Source: Pyrinomonadaceae bacterium (GTDB taxonomy: Bacteria; Acidobacteriota; Blastocatellia; Pyrinomonadales; Pyrinomonadaceae). Taken from it: DNA of 64,000 bases. The position numbers and the translations under genes are program-made. Under the pieces are notes generated by a model. The model was given only the letters and a program-made list of their open reading frames with translations, was not told the origin of the DNA and searched no databases. Positions 44,639 through 53,023 of this stretch are shown piece after piece (within the stretch, counting starts at the first letter, position 1; every line of letters starts with the position of its first letter). The stretch spans positions 2,951-66,950 of the forward strand of contig DASVXV010000163.1 in assembly GCA_036392495.1 (NCBI GenBank). Direction: 5' to 3'.

Positions 44639-45298
44639 ATGGAACTACACAGATTGCTTGACCGCGAACTGGACGCTTTGCGCGACCGATTGCTGCTGCT
44701 GGGCGGCGAGACGGAGACGGCGCTCCGGCGCGCCATCTACGCCCTCGCCGAGCGCGACAGCGCGACGGCGCGCGCGGTGCTCGACGAGGACGACGCGATA
44801 GACACCCTGGAGGTCGAGATAGATCGGCTCTGCGTTGACATCATCGCGCTCCGGCAGCCGGCGGCCCGCGACCTGCGCTTTGTCATTTCGGTCGCGAAGA
44901 TCACGCCCATCCTGGAACGGATCGCCGACCACGCCTGCAACATCGCGCGCGCCGCCATTGACCTCAACGACGAGCCGCAGTTGAAGACTTACGTTGATCT
45001 GCCCGGCATGGCCGACCACGCCGCGGCCATGCTGCGCGCCGCGCTCGACGCCTTCACCTCGAACAACCCTGAGGCGGCGCGCGGCGTGATCGCACGCGAC
45101 GACGAGATAGATGAGATTTACAACCGCATCTTTCACGACCTGATTGACCTGATGACCGGAGACCCGACCACAACGACCCGTGCGGCGCGGCTGCTCTTTG
45201 TCGCCAAACACATCGAGCGCATCGCCGATTACGCCACGGACATCTGCGAACTGACGGTCTATATGACGGAAGCAAAGTTTATTAAGCACAGTAATTGA
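44639..45298 (+). CDS. phoU: phosphate signalling complex protein PhoU
   Basis: Two PhoU repeats (ERIADHACNIAR, ERIADYATDICE). Confidence 0.93.
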   Translation: MELHRLLDRELDALRDRLLLLGGETETALRRAIYALAERDSATARAVLDEDDAIDTLEVEIDRLCVDIIALRQPAARDLRFVISVAKITPILERIADHACNIARAAIDLNDEPQLKTYVDLPGMADHAAAMLRAALDAFTSNNPEAARGVIARDDEIDEIYNRIFHDLIDLMTGDPTTTTRAARLLFVAKHIERIADYATDICELTVYMTEAKFIKHSN

Positions 45299-45299
45299 T

Positions 45300-45395
45300 A
45301 GTCCGGAGTCTGGAGTCTTGGAGTCTGGAGTCAAAGGCCAAAACAATTTGCTTTTGACATCGGACTCCAGACTCTGAGACTCCGGACTCCAGACT
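45300..45395. repeat. heptad-stem hairpin, family B
   Basis: agtccggagtctggagtcttggagtctggagtc / loop / cggactccagactctgagactccggactccagact. Confidence 0.92.
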
Positions 45396-45401
45396 CATCT
45401 T

Positions 45402-46112
45402 ATGCCGAAGACTATCTTGATTATCGAGGATGACCCGGACATTGCGGAGAGCCTGCGCTACAACCTTGAGCGCGAGGGCCTGGCGGCGCAGGTTGCCGGG
45501 ACTGGCGAAAAGGGTTTGAGCGCTGCGCTCGATGCGAAGGGTCCACCCGCGCTCGTGATTCTGGACCTGATGTTGCCGGGCATGAGCGGCACGGAGCTTT
45601 GCCGCCGCTTGCGGCGCGAACCCGCCACTCGCCGCACGCCGATCATTATGCTGACGGCGCGCGTCTCGGAAGCAGACCGCATCGGAGGCTTCGATCTGGG
45701 CGCGGATGATTACATCACCAAGCCGTTCTCCGTCGGCGAGGTGCTGGCGCGCGTGCGCGCTGTCCTCAGGCGGGTTGACGAGAGCTCGCCGGCTCGCTAC
45801 GAGGACGGGCGACTCACGATTGATTTCGCGGACATGCACGTCGCCTGCGACGGAATGAACGTCAAGCTGACGCGCAAGGAGTTTGCGCTGCTCTCCGCGC
45901 TGGCACGCAGCGCGGGCCGCGTCGCCACGCGCCAACGCCTGCTCGACGACGTCTGGGGCCATCAATACTACGGTGACATGCGCACGCTGGACGTGCACAT
46001 CCGCCGCCTCCGCCAAAAGCTAGGCCCCTGCGGCGACTGCATCGAAACCTTCGTCGGCGTCGGCTACCGCTTCGTCGGCTGCACGGGGGAAACAGTAACA
46101 GGTGACGAGTGA
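45402..46112 (+). CDS. phoB: OmpR/PhoB-family response regulator
   Basis: Receiver domain (LVILDLMLPGMSG) plus winged-helix domain (LTRKEFALLSAL...VGVGYRF). No cognate kinase gene adjacent. Confidence 0.85.
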   Translation: MPKTILIIEDDPDIAESLRYNLEREGLAAQVAGTGEKGLSAALDAKGPPALVILDLMLPGMSGTELCRRLRREPATRRTPIIMLTARVSEADRIGGFDLGADDYITKPFSVGEVLARVRAVLRRVDESSPARYEDGRLTIDFADMHVACDGMNVKLTRKEFALLSALARSAGRVATRQRLLDDVWGHQYYGDMRTLDVHIRRLRQKLGPCGDCIETFVGVGYRFVGCTGETVTGDE

Positions 46113-46165
46113 CAAGTGACGAGCAGAGACGGTTTTTCTTGTCACCTGTCACTCGTCACCTGTTA
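46094..46165. repeat. heptad-stem hairpin (GTGACRA units) whose left arm overlaps the last codons of phoB
   Basis: gtaacaggtgacgagtgacaagtgacgag / cagagacggtttttcttg-type loop / cttgtcacctgtcactcgtcacctgttac. Confidence 0.85.
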
Positions 46166-46172
46166 CGGTTCT

Positions 46173-47858
46173 TCACCCTCTGGTCAAATGGCGGTACTTG
46201 ATGCGGTGCGGCTGGTCCGCGGCGGCGCCGAGACGCGCCTTGCGGTCCGCTTCGTACTCCGAGTAGTTGCCCTCGAACCAACGGACGCGGCTCTCGCCCT
46301 CGAAGGCCAGGATGTGCGTGGCGATGCGGTCCAGAAACCAGCGGTCGTGGCTGATGATCACGGCGCAGCCGGCGAACGCTTCGAGCGCCTCTTCGAGCGC
46401 GCGCATCGTGTTGACGTCCAGATCGTTGGTCGGCTCGTCCAGGAGGAGAACGTTGCCTCCCTCCTTCAGCGTCTTCGCCAGGTGGACGCGATTGCGCTCG
46501 CCGCCCGAGAGCCCCCCGATCCGTTTCTGCTGGTCCGAGCCCGAGAAGTTGAAGCGCGCCACATACGCGCGCGAGTTGATCTCGCGGCTCCCGAGTGCGA
46601 CCACGTCGAGGCCGCCGGAAATCTCTTCCCAGATGGTCTTCTCAGGATGAAGCGCATCGCGGCTCTGGTCAACGTAGGCGAGCTTCACGGTCTCGCCGAT
46701 CTTGATCGTGCCGGAGTCCGGCTGCTCCTGGTCCGTGATCATCCTGAAGAGGGTGGTTTTGCCCGCGCCGTTCGGTCCGATGACGCCGACGATGCCGCCC
46801 GGAGGAAGCGAGAAGGTCATCTCCTCTACGAGCAGGTTGTCGCCGTAAGCCTTGCTCACCTTGTCCGCTTCGATCACCTTCTGGCCGAGCCGGGGTCCGG
46901 GCGGAATGTAAATCTCCAAATCCTGCCGACGCCGCTCGCTCTCCTGATTGAGTAAGGATTCATAGGAGTTGATACGCGCCTTGCTTTTGGCGTGGCGGCC
47001 TTTCGGCGACATCCGAATCCACTCCAGCTCCCGCTCCAGTGTTCGCTGCCTTTCGCTCTCGGCCTTCTCCTCGCGGCGCAGGCGCTCCTGTTTCTGTTCG
47101 AGCCAGGACGAATAGTTACCTTTCCAGGGGATACCCTCACCGCGGTCCAGTTCCAGAATCCAGCCCGCCACATTGTCCAGGAAATAGCGGTCGTGTGTGA
47201 CGGCGATGACCGTGCCAGGATATTTCTGCAAGTGCTGTTCGAGCCAGGCGACGCTCTCCGCGTCCAGGTGATTCGTGGGCTCGTCCAGCAGCAGAATGTC
47301 AGGCTTCTTCAGCAGGAGACGGCAGAGCGCGACGCGGCGGCGCTCGCCGCCCGAAAGAACATGGACGGGAGTTTCGCCCGGCGGGCAGCGCAGGGCGTCC
47401 ATGGCCATTTCGAGGCGCGAATCCAGGTCCCAGGCGTCCGCAGCGTCCAGCTTCTCCTGCACAGCGCCCTGGCGTTCGAGGAGCGCAGACATTTCGTCGT
47501 CCGTCATCGGCTCGGCGAACCGCGCGTTGATCTCGTCAAACTCTTTGAGAAGATTGACGGTCTCAAGCGCTCCCTCCTCGACGATCTCGCGCACGGTCTT
47601 CGTCTCGTCGAGTCGCGGCTCCTGCTCAAGAAAGCCGACCGTGTGGCCCGGCGAAAGAATCGTCTCGCCGACGAACTCACGGTCTACGCCCGCGAGGATT
47701 CTTAAAAGAGAGCTTTTGCCGGAACCATTGAGGCCGATGACGCCGATCTTCGCGCCGTAGAAGTAAGAGAGATAGATGTCTTTGAGGACAGGCTTTTTGT
47801 CGTAATATTTGCTGACCCCGACCATAGAGTAGATAATTTTATTGGGAACAGTGCTCAT
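46173..47858 (-). CDS. ettA: energy-dependent translational throttle protein EttA (ABC-F)
   Basis: 561 aa from MSTVPNKIIYSM. Two ABC cassettes (GLNGSGKSS, GPNGAGKTT). ATG at 47858 after AGGAGAAC. The rest of track ORF 46173..49190 is artefactual. Confidence 0.95.
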   Translation of the reverse strand: MSTVPNKIIYSMVGVSKYYDKKPVLKDIYLSYFYGAKIGVIGLNGSGKSSLLRILAGVDREFVGETILSPGHTVGFLEQEPRLDETKTVREIVEEGALETVNLLKEFDEINARFAEPMTDDEMSALLERQGAVQEKLDAADAWDLDSRLEMAMDALRCPPGETPVHVLSGGERRRVALCRLLLKKPDILLLDEPTNHLDAESVAWLEQHLQKYPGTVIAVTHDRYFLDNVAGWILELDRGEGIPWKGNYSSWLEQKQERLRREEKAESERQRTLERELEWIRMSPKGRHAKSKARINSYESLLNQESERRRQDLEIYIPPGPRLGQKVIEADKVSKAYGDNLLVEEMTFSLPPGGIVGVIGPNGAGKTTLFRMITDQEQPDSGTIKIGETVKLAYVDQSRDALHPEKTIWEEISGGLDVVALGSREINSRAYVARFNFSGSDQQKRIGGLSGGERNRVHLAKTLKEGGNVLLLDEPTNDLDVNTMRALEEALEAFAGCAVIISHDRWFLDRIATHILAFEGESRVRWFEGNYSEYEADRKARLGAAADQPHRIKYRHLTRG

Positions 47859-47917
47859 CTTTTGTTCTCCTGAAATTTCCCGAATCCTAGCATAGAAATA
47901 GCGCACACGCTTCCTTC

Positions 47918-47968
47918 GCGGCTTTGCGTCTTTGCGAGATACAATTTCACGCCAAGACGCAAAGCCGC
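47918..47968. repeat. 15-bp perfect hairpin in the ettA / ATPase divergent intergenic region
   Basis: gcggctttgcgtctt / 21-nt loop / aagacgcaaagccgc. Confidence 0.85.
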
Positions 47969-48134
47969 TAAGAAAACCCGGCCCCTTTTGTTTCATGCGT
48001 GAAAAATTGTTCCATTCTCGTGTTAAGTGTGCTACACTGCCCGCGTTTTCGGGAAAGGGCCGAAGAGTTGGGCGGGTAACGGCTATGGTTTTACCCGTAA
48101 AAAATCGCAACCTAGCTGATGAGGAGTTTAAGTG

Positions 48135-49217
48135 ATGAGTACGACGAGACCGAAAGTGAATCCTTTGAGCCGCCGCCCGCGGCAGCAGCGGCTGGTGATG
48201 GCCGTGCGCGGCGGGGCCGGAACGGGCAAGAGCCACTTCATTCGCAGCATGGCCGACGCAGGCTTGGGACGCCTCTGCATCTTCGACGTCGAGCGCAAGG
48301 CGCGCCTCCTGAAGGGCGTCGGCACGAAGTTCGACGCGCTTGAGATCGAGCACGCGGACGAATTGCCGGAGTTCATAGACTGGGCGCTTTCGGGCGAGGG
48401 GCGGGAGCAAAACTACAGCTGCTTCGCACTGGATTCGTGGGCAGCCTATTTCTCCGCGAAGCACAGCGAGATGGTCGCCGCGGTCCGCGATAGGACTGGC
48501 GACCCGCTGGCGCAGCCTTCGGCCGAAGAGTTGGCCGCGGACCAGATGATCCTCCAGGGGGTCCTGCGCCGTCTCTGCATGGAGAGCGGGAAATCCGTCG
48601 TCATCAGTGACCAGATTCCGGCGAAGGGGAAAGAGGCGAAAGAGGACAACGAAGTGGGCCGCGTGCTGCCGATGACTGCGAGCGGCCTGGAATATTTCGT
48701 TGACATCATGGTCGAGGTCTCGGTCCAGGAGCGCGACGGCGAAGTGACGCGCGTCTTCCAGGTGGTCAAATCGAACAGCCCCGCTTTCGAGGTCGGCTTC
48801 GAGCTGACGGGCAGCGTGACTTTCAAGGACTTCCTGGATCACATGAAGCGCGAGCACGGCGAGGATTTGCCCTTGGAAGCCCCGAAGCCGCAGACCGTGC
48901 CGGAAGTCCTGGAGGAGAAGCCTTCGCCCGTGAGCATCGTCCCGCCGCAGATGACCATTCAGGAGCTGATCGCCAAGGCCGAGAGCCTGGGCTTCAAGCA
49001 GGCGGACATCGTGACGGGCGCGAAGGTCTATCACAATCAGCCGAACATCTACCGCCTCACGCCCGAAGAGATCGCGGACCTGGACCGTCGCATCACCGCG
49101 CGCGTCGAGAAACTGAAGGCGGAGCAGGCGGAAGCGACCACGCCCCTGAAGAAGGAGGCCGCCGCCGGCGAGACCGGAACGAGGACGCAACCCGCCCGCA
49201 ATCTCAAGCGCGCGTGA
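48135..49217 (+). CDS. RecA-fold P-loop ATPase (AAA_24 / Sak4-like) with C-terminal extension
   Basis: Walker A GGAGTGKS, Walker B-like CFALDSW. Overall pattern resembles phage Sak4-type single-strand-annealing ATPases. SD GAGGAG at 48121. Confidence 0.6.
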   Translation: MSTTRPKVNPLSRRPRQQRLVMAVRGGAGTGKSHFIRSMADAGLGRLCIFDVERKARLLKGVGTKFDALEIEHADELPEFIDWALSGEGREQNYSCFALDSWAAYFSAKHSEMVAAVRDRTGDPLAQPSAEELAADQMILQGVLRRLCMESGKSVVISDQIPAKGKEAKEDNEVGRVLPMTASGLEYFVDIMVEVSVQERDGEVTRVFQVVKSNSPAFEVGFELTGSVTFKDFLDHMKREHGEDLPLEAPKPQTVPEVLEEKPSPVSIVPPQMTIQELIAKAESLGFKQADIVTGAKVYHNQPNIYRLTPEEIADLDRRITARVEKLKAEQAEATTPLKKEAAAGETGTRTQPARNLKRA

Positions 49218-49227
49218 GCGAATACAA

Positions 49228-49290
49228 AATTAAAAAGCAAAATGGAAGACTGAGAGCAACGCTCGCTATCTTCCATTTTGCTTTTTAATT
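49228..49290. terminator. 22-bp perfect AT-rich hairpin (bidirectional terminator-like)
   Basis: aattaaaaagcaaaatggaaga / 19-nt loop / tcttccattttgctttttaatt. Confidence 0.7.
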
Positions 49291-49299
49291 TATCCCCTC

Positions 49300-49470
49300 T
49301 TAATTTTCTTTGATAAAAGCCTCTCTAAGTTTATCCGCGCGTTCAGGCAAAGAACGCATACGCTTAATCGTTTCTTCCGGAGAATTCTCCAATGTAATTG
49401 GATGCCGCTTAGAGCTACCGGAGCCTTCGGCCTGGTCTCCCGACCTGTCGGTAGGATTTTGAGTCTTCAT
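49300..49470 (-). CDS. small hypothetical protein (56 aa)
   Basis: AT-rich ORF. Internal ATG at 49470 preferred. No family recognised. Confidence 0.35.
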   Translation of the reverse strand: MKTQNPTDRSGDQAEGSGSSKRHPITLENSPEETIKRMRSLPERADKLREAFIKEN

Positions 49471-49545
49471 AATTAGCCCATCCTGCGGAGAGGAATTATA
49501 GCATAGTGACAGTAGTGCCGAATCATTGTAAGCTGCGGCATACTT

Positions 49546-50508
49546 ATGCAACAGACACTTCGAGATGATCGGGGTATCTTCCAGGCCCTAATCGGCGACG
49601 GACGCCCGTTCCTTATTTTTACGGGTCTCTGTCTCGTTCTTTCGGGCGCGTTCGCACTCTTTCTTTCGGCGACGGGCCACTTCCTCCCGCACGACGTTCA
49701 ATTCTTAGGCATCACCGCCGAACAGCTTTGCGCCCTCAACGGCTGCCGGATCGTGCACTTCATGTTCCACGACCGCGTCGCGTTCGGCGGCGCGCTCATC
49801 AGTACGGGCGCGCTCTACATGTGGCTGGCCGAATTCCCTTTGCGCAGAGGCAAGGCCTGGGCCTGGTGGCTCTTTGTGGTGACGGGCATCTTCGGCTTCG
49901 GGAGTTTTCTGGCTTACCTGAGTTACGGCTACCTGGATTCCTGGCACGGGGCGGCTACTCTCGGGCTCATTCCCTTCTTTCTCGTCGGATTGATTCGCTC
50001 GTATATCGAATTGCCAAAGCCCGCGCCTATACGCGCACTCCTGCGGCCGGCGGTCGCGTTCTCGTTAAAATCCTCTTTCGGTGTGGGGCGCGCCTGCCTG
50101 CTCGCGACCGCACTCGGCATGATCACGGGCGGGCTGACGATTATGTTGGTCGGGATGACGGGCGTTTTCGTGTCGCAGGATTTGGCGTTCATGGGGCTCG
50201 TGGTCTCGGACCTGCACGCCATCAACGCGCGCCTCGTGCCCCTGATAGCTCATGACCGTGCGGGCTTCGGCGGCGGCATAGCGTCATGCGGCATCGCAGT
50301 CTTTTTCTGCGTCTGGTGCGGGCGGCCCTCCAAGAGTCTCTGGCAGGTCCTCTGCGTGGCCGGAGTGGTCGGCTTTGCGACGGCAATCGGGATTCATCCG
50401 CTGGTGGGCTATCTGAGTTTCAGCCATCTGGCCCCGGCCATCCTGGGCGCGCTTGTCTTTCTCGTGGGGCTGCTCTTATGCTTCAAGCCGATGCACGCGG
50501 AGAAATAA
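49546..50508 (+). CDS. hypothetical integral membrane protein (about 8 TM)
   Basis: Multiple hydrophobic segments, 320 aa. No family recognised. Confidence 0.65.
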   Translation: MQQTLRDDRGIFQALIGDGRPFLIFTGLCLVLSGAFALFLSATGHFLPHDVQFLGITAEQLCALNGCRIVHFMFHDRVAFGGALISTGALYMWLAEFPLRRGKAWAWWLFVVTGIFGFGSFLAYLSYGYLDSWHGAATLGLIPFFLVGLIRSYIELPKPAPIRALLRPAVAFSLKSSFGVGRACLLATALGMITGGLTIMLVGMTGVFVSQDLAFMGLVVSDLHAINARLVPLIAHDRAGFGGGIASCGIAVFFCVWCGRPSKSLWQVLCVAGVVGFATAIGIHPLVGYLSFSHLAPAILGALVFLVGLLLCFKPMHAEK

Positions 50509-50533
50509 TCAAAACTCTATCGAGAGGGGAACG

Positions 50534-52819
50534 ATGATCTCAAGCAAATCGTTGATGAAGTTTGGCGCTCTCACGCTGCTCTTCAGCCTCACGATGATGG
50601 GGCGGGCCGGGGCAGTTGACGACAAACCGCTGCTCGGCTTCACGCGCGACGGGTCCGTGCGGCAACGCGAGTTGGAGGCGCGTTTCGACGCCCTCCTGAA
50701 AAAAGAGAACCTGCGCGAATGGATGAAGCGTTTGACGGCGCGTCCGCATCACCTGGGCTCAGCCTACGGCAAGGAGAACGCGGAGTTTATCGCCTCGCTC
50801 TTTCGGTCCTGGGGCTACGAGACTGAAATCGAGAGATTCGACGTTCTCTTCCCGACTCCGAAGACGCGTCTGCTTGAAATGGTCGCCCCGGAAAAATTCA
50901 CGCCCACGCTCACGGAGCCAGTGATTGACGAAGACGCGACGACGAATCAAACAGCCGAACAGCTTCCCGTATATAACGCCTATTCGGTTGACGGCGATGT
51001 GACGGGCCAGCTCGTCTATGTCAACTACGGCGTCCCCAGAGATTACGACGCTCTGGCGGAGCGCGGCATTGATGTCAAAGGCAAGATCGTGATTGCGCGT
51101 TACGGCGGCTCCTGGCGCGGCATCAAGCCTAAGGTCGCCGCTGAGCACGGTGCCATCGGCTGCCTCATCTATTCGGACCCGCGCGACGACGGCTACTTTC
51201 AGGGCGACGTCTATCCGAAAGGGGCCTGGCGCAATGAGCGCGGCGCGCAGCGCGGCTCCGTCGCGGACATGCCGCTCTATCCGGGCGACCCCTTAACGCC
51301 CGGCGCGGGCGCGACGAAGGATGCGAAGCGGCTGCCTGTCAAGAACGCGCCGACGTTGACGAAGATTCCGGTCATGCCCATCTCTTACGCAGACGCGCTC
51401 CCGCTCCTGCGCGCTCTGGGCGGTCCGATGGCGCCAGAAGATTGGCGCGGCGCTCTGCCCATCCCGTATCACCTGGGGCCGGGGCCCGCCACCGTTCACC
51501 TAAAACTCGAATTCGACTGGCAGATCGTCCCGACCTACGACGTCATCGCTAAACTTCGCGGAGGCGAGCGCCCGGACGAGTGGGTGATTCGTGGCAACCA
51601 TCATGACGCGTGGGTCAACGGCGCGGAAGATCCCATCAGCGGGCTCGTGGCCGAGATGGAAGAGGCGCGCGCCATAGGTGAGCTGGCAAAAACCGGATGG
51701 AAGCCGAAGCGGACGATTGTCTATGCGGCCTGGGACGGCGAGGAGCCAGGACTCCTGGGCTCGACCGAGTGGGCCGAGGCGCACGCCGACCTTTTGAAAA
51801 GAAATGCGGTCGCTTACATCAACACCGACAGCAACGGGCGCGGTTTTCTAGGCGTCGGCGGCTCGCACACTCTGGAAAAATTTATCAACGAGGTCGCGCG
51901 CGACGTCCGGGATCCGCAGACGAAGGTTTCCGTGCTGGACCGCACGCGCGCCGTCCGCATCGTCAGAGGCAACGCGGACGACAGGCGCGAGGCGCGTGAG
52001 CGCGCGGACCTGCGCATCAGCGCGCTCGGCTCCGGCTCAGACTACACGCCGTTCATACAGCACCTCGGCATCGCCTCGCTCAACATCGGCTACGGCGGCG
52101 AAGACGGCGGTGGCTCTTACCACTCGATCTACGATTCGTTCTACCACTACACGCGTTTCGGCGACCCGAACTTTGATTACGGGATCGCCCTGTCGCAAAC
52201 GGTCGGGCGCGCCGTCCTGCGTCTGGCGAACGCGGACGTGCTGCCGCTCTCCTTCGGCAATTTCACGGACGCTGTCGAAAGATACATCAGGGAAGTCGCG
52301 AAGCTGACGGACGACATGCGCGAGGAGACACAGCAGAAGAACCGCCAGATCAGCGACCGAGCGCTGGAGCTCATCGCCGACCCGACTCAGGTTTACATTG
52401 TGCCGAAGGCGGAAGCGCCCGTGCCCTTCCTCAACTTCGCGCCGCTGCAAAATGCTCTGGCGCGCCTGAAAGAGAGCGCGCGCCTCTACGATGCGGCGAT
52501 GGCGGAAGCTATGGCCGCCGGGCGCACGCTTCCGACCGGGGCGCAGAAGTCTCTGGACGAGGCGCTGGTGCGGACCGAGCGCGCCATGACGCGGGACCAG
52601 GGTCTGCCGCGCCGCCCGTGGTTCAAGCACCAGATTTATGCGCCGGGATTTTATACGGGCTACGGCGTCAAGACGCTGCCGGGCGCGCGCGAGGCCATTG
52701 AGCAGCGGAACTGGAAAGAGGCAGACGAGCAGGTGGGCGTCATCGCAGAGACCCTGGACCGCGTGGCCGCGCAGATTGACCGCGCGACGGATATCATCAA
52801 AGGGAGCGCACGCCAGTAA
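50534..52819 (+). CDS. M28 family metallopeptidase, glutamate carboxypeptidase II / transferrin-receptor-like (PA + M28 + dimerisation domains)
   Basis: ATG at 50534 gives a signal peptide. VIRGNHHDAW, WDGEEPGLLGSTEW, GSGSDYTPF zinc-ligand motifs. Confidence 0.88.
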   Translation: MISSKSLMKFGALTLLFSLTMMGRAGAVDDKPLLGFTRDGSVRQRELEARFDALLKKENLREWMKRLTARPHHLGSAYGKENAEFIASLFRSWGYETEIERFDVLFPTPKTRLLEMVAPEKFTPTLTEPVIDEDATTNQTAEQLPVYNAYSVDGDVTGQLVYVNYGVPRDYDALAERGIDVKGKIVIARYGGSWRGIKPKVAAEHGAIGCLIYSDPRDDGYFQGDVYPKGAWRNERGAQRGSVADMPLYPGDPLTPGAGATKDAKRLPVKNAPTLTKIPVMPISYADALPLLRALGGPMAPEDWRGALPIPYHLGPGPATVHLKLEFDWQIVPTYDVIAKLRGGERPDEWVIRGNHHDAWVNGAEDPISGLVAEMEEARAIGELAKTGWKPKRTIVYAAWDGEEPGLLGSTEWAEAHADLLKRNAVAYINTDSNGRGFLGVGGSHTLEKFINEVARDVRDPQTKVSVLDRTRAVRIVRGNADDRREARERADLRISALGSGSDYTPFIQHLGIASLNIGYGGEDGGGSYHSIYDSFYHYTRFGDPNFDYGIALSQTVGRAVLRLANADVLPLSFGNFTDAVERYIREVAKLTDDMREETQQKNRQISDRALELIADPTQVYIVPKAEAPVPFLNFAPLQNALARLKESARLYDAAMAEAMAAGRTLPTGAQKSLDEALVRTERAMTRDQGLPRRPWFKHQIYAPGFYTGYGVKTLPGAREAIEQRNWKEADEQVGVIAETLDRVAAQIDRATDIIKGSARQ

Positions 52820-52842
52820 TTTAGGGCGGCGCGTGCCTGCGG

Positions 52843-52912
52843 GTCAGTACCGCCTGCGGTAGCGGGCGGGTATTGCGCACCGGACCCGCCCGCTACCGCA
52901 GGCGGTACTGAC
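52843..52912. repeat. 29-bp perfect GC-rich palindrome
   Basis: gtcagtaccgcctgcggtagcgggcgggt / attgcgcaccgg / exact reverse complement. Each arm also contains an internal mini-palindrome (taccgc-ct-gcggta). Confidence 0.92.
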
Positions 52913-53023
52913 AAAGTTATTACCGGGTTAATCAGATGGCCGCTAGCGCGGCCGATTAATGTGCGGTCTTCGACAAACTTTTTGCTTTCAAATGTGAATA
53001 AATTTGCGGGAGCAACGACTACA

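Noticed and set aside
46173-49190. 1005-aa ORF on the minus strand
   Set aside because: Only the C-terminal 561 aa (from ATG 47858, good SD) is EttA. The N-terminal 440 aa are Arg/Leu/His-rich nonsense antisense to a well-formed plus-strand ATPase gene (48135..49217). This is a high-GC read-through artefact.
47860-49551. Prophage remnant around the Sak4-like ATPase
   Set aside because: There are no integrase, repressor, structural or lysis genes, no att-like direct repeats, and no tRNA nearby. The evidence is a single gene only.
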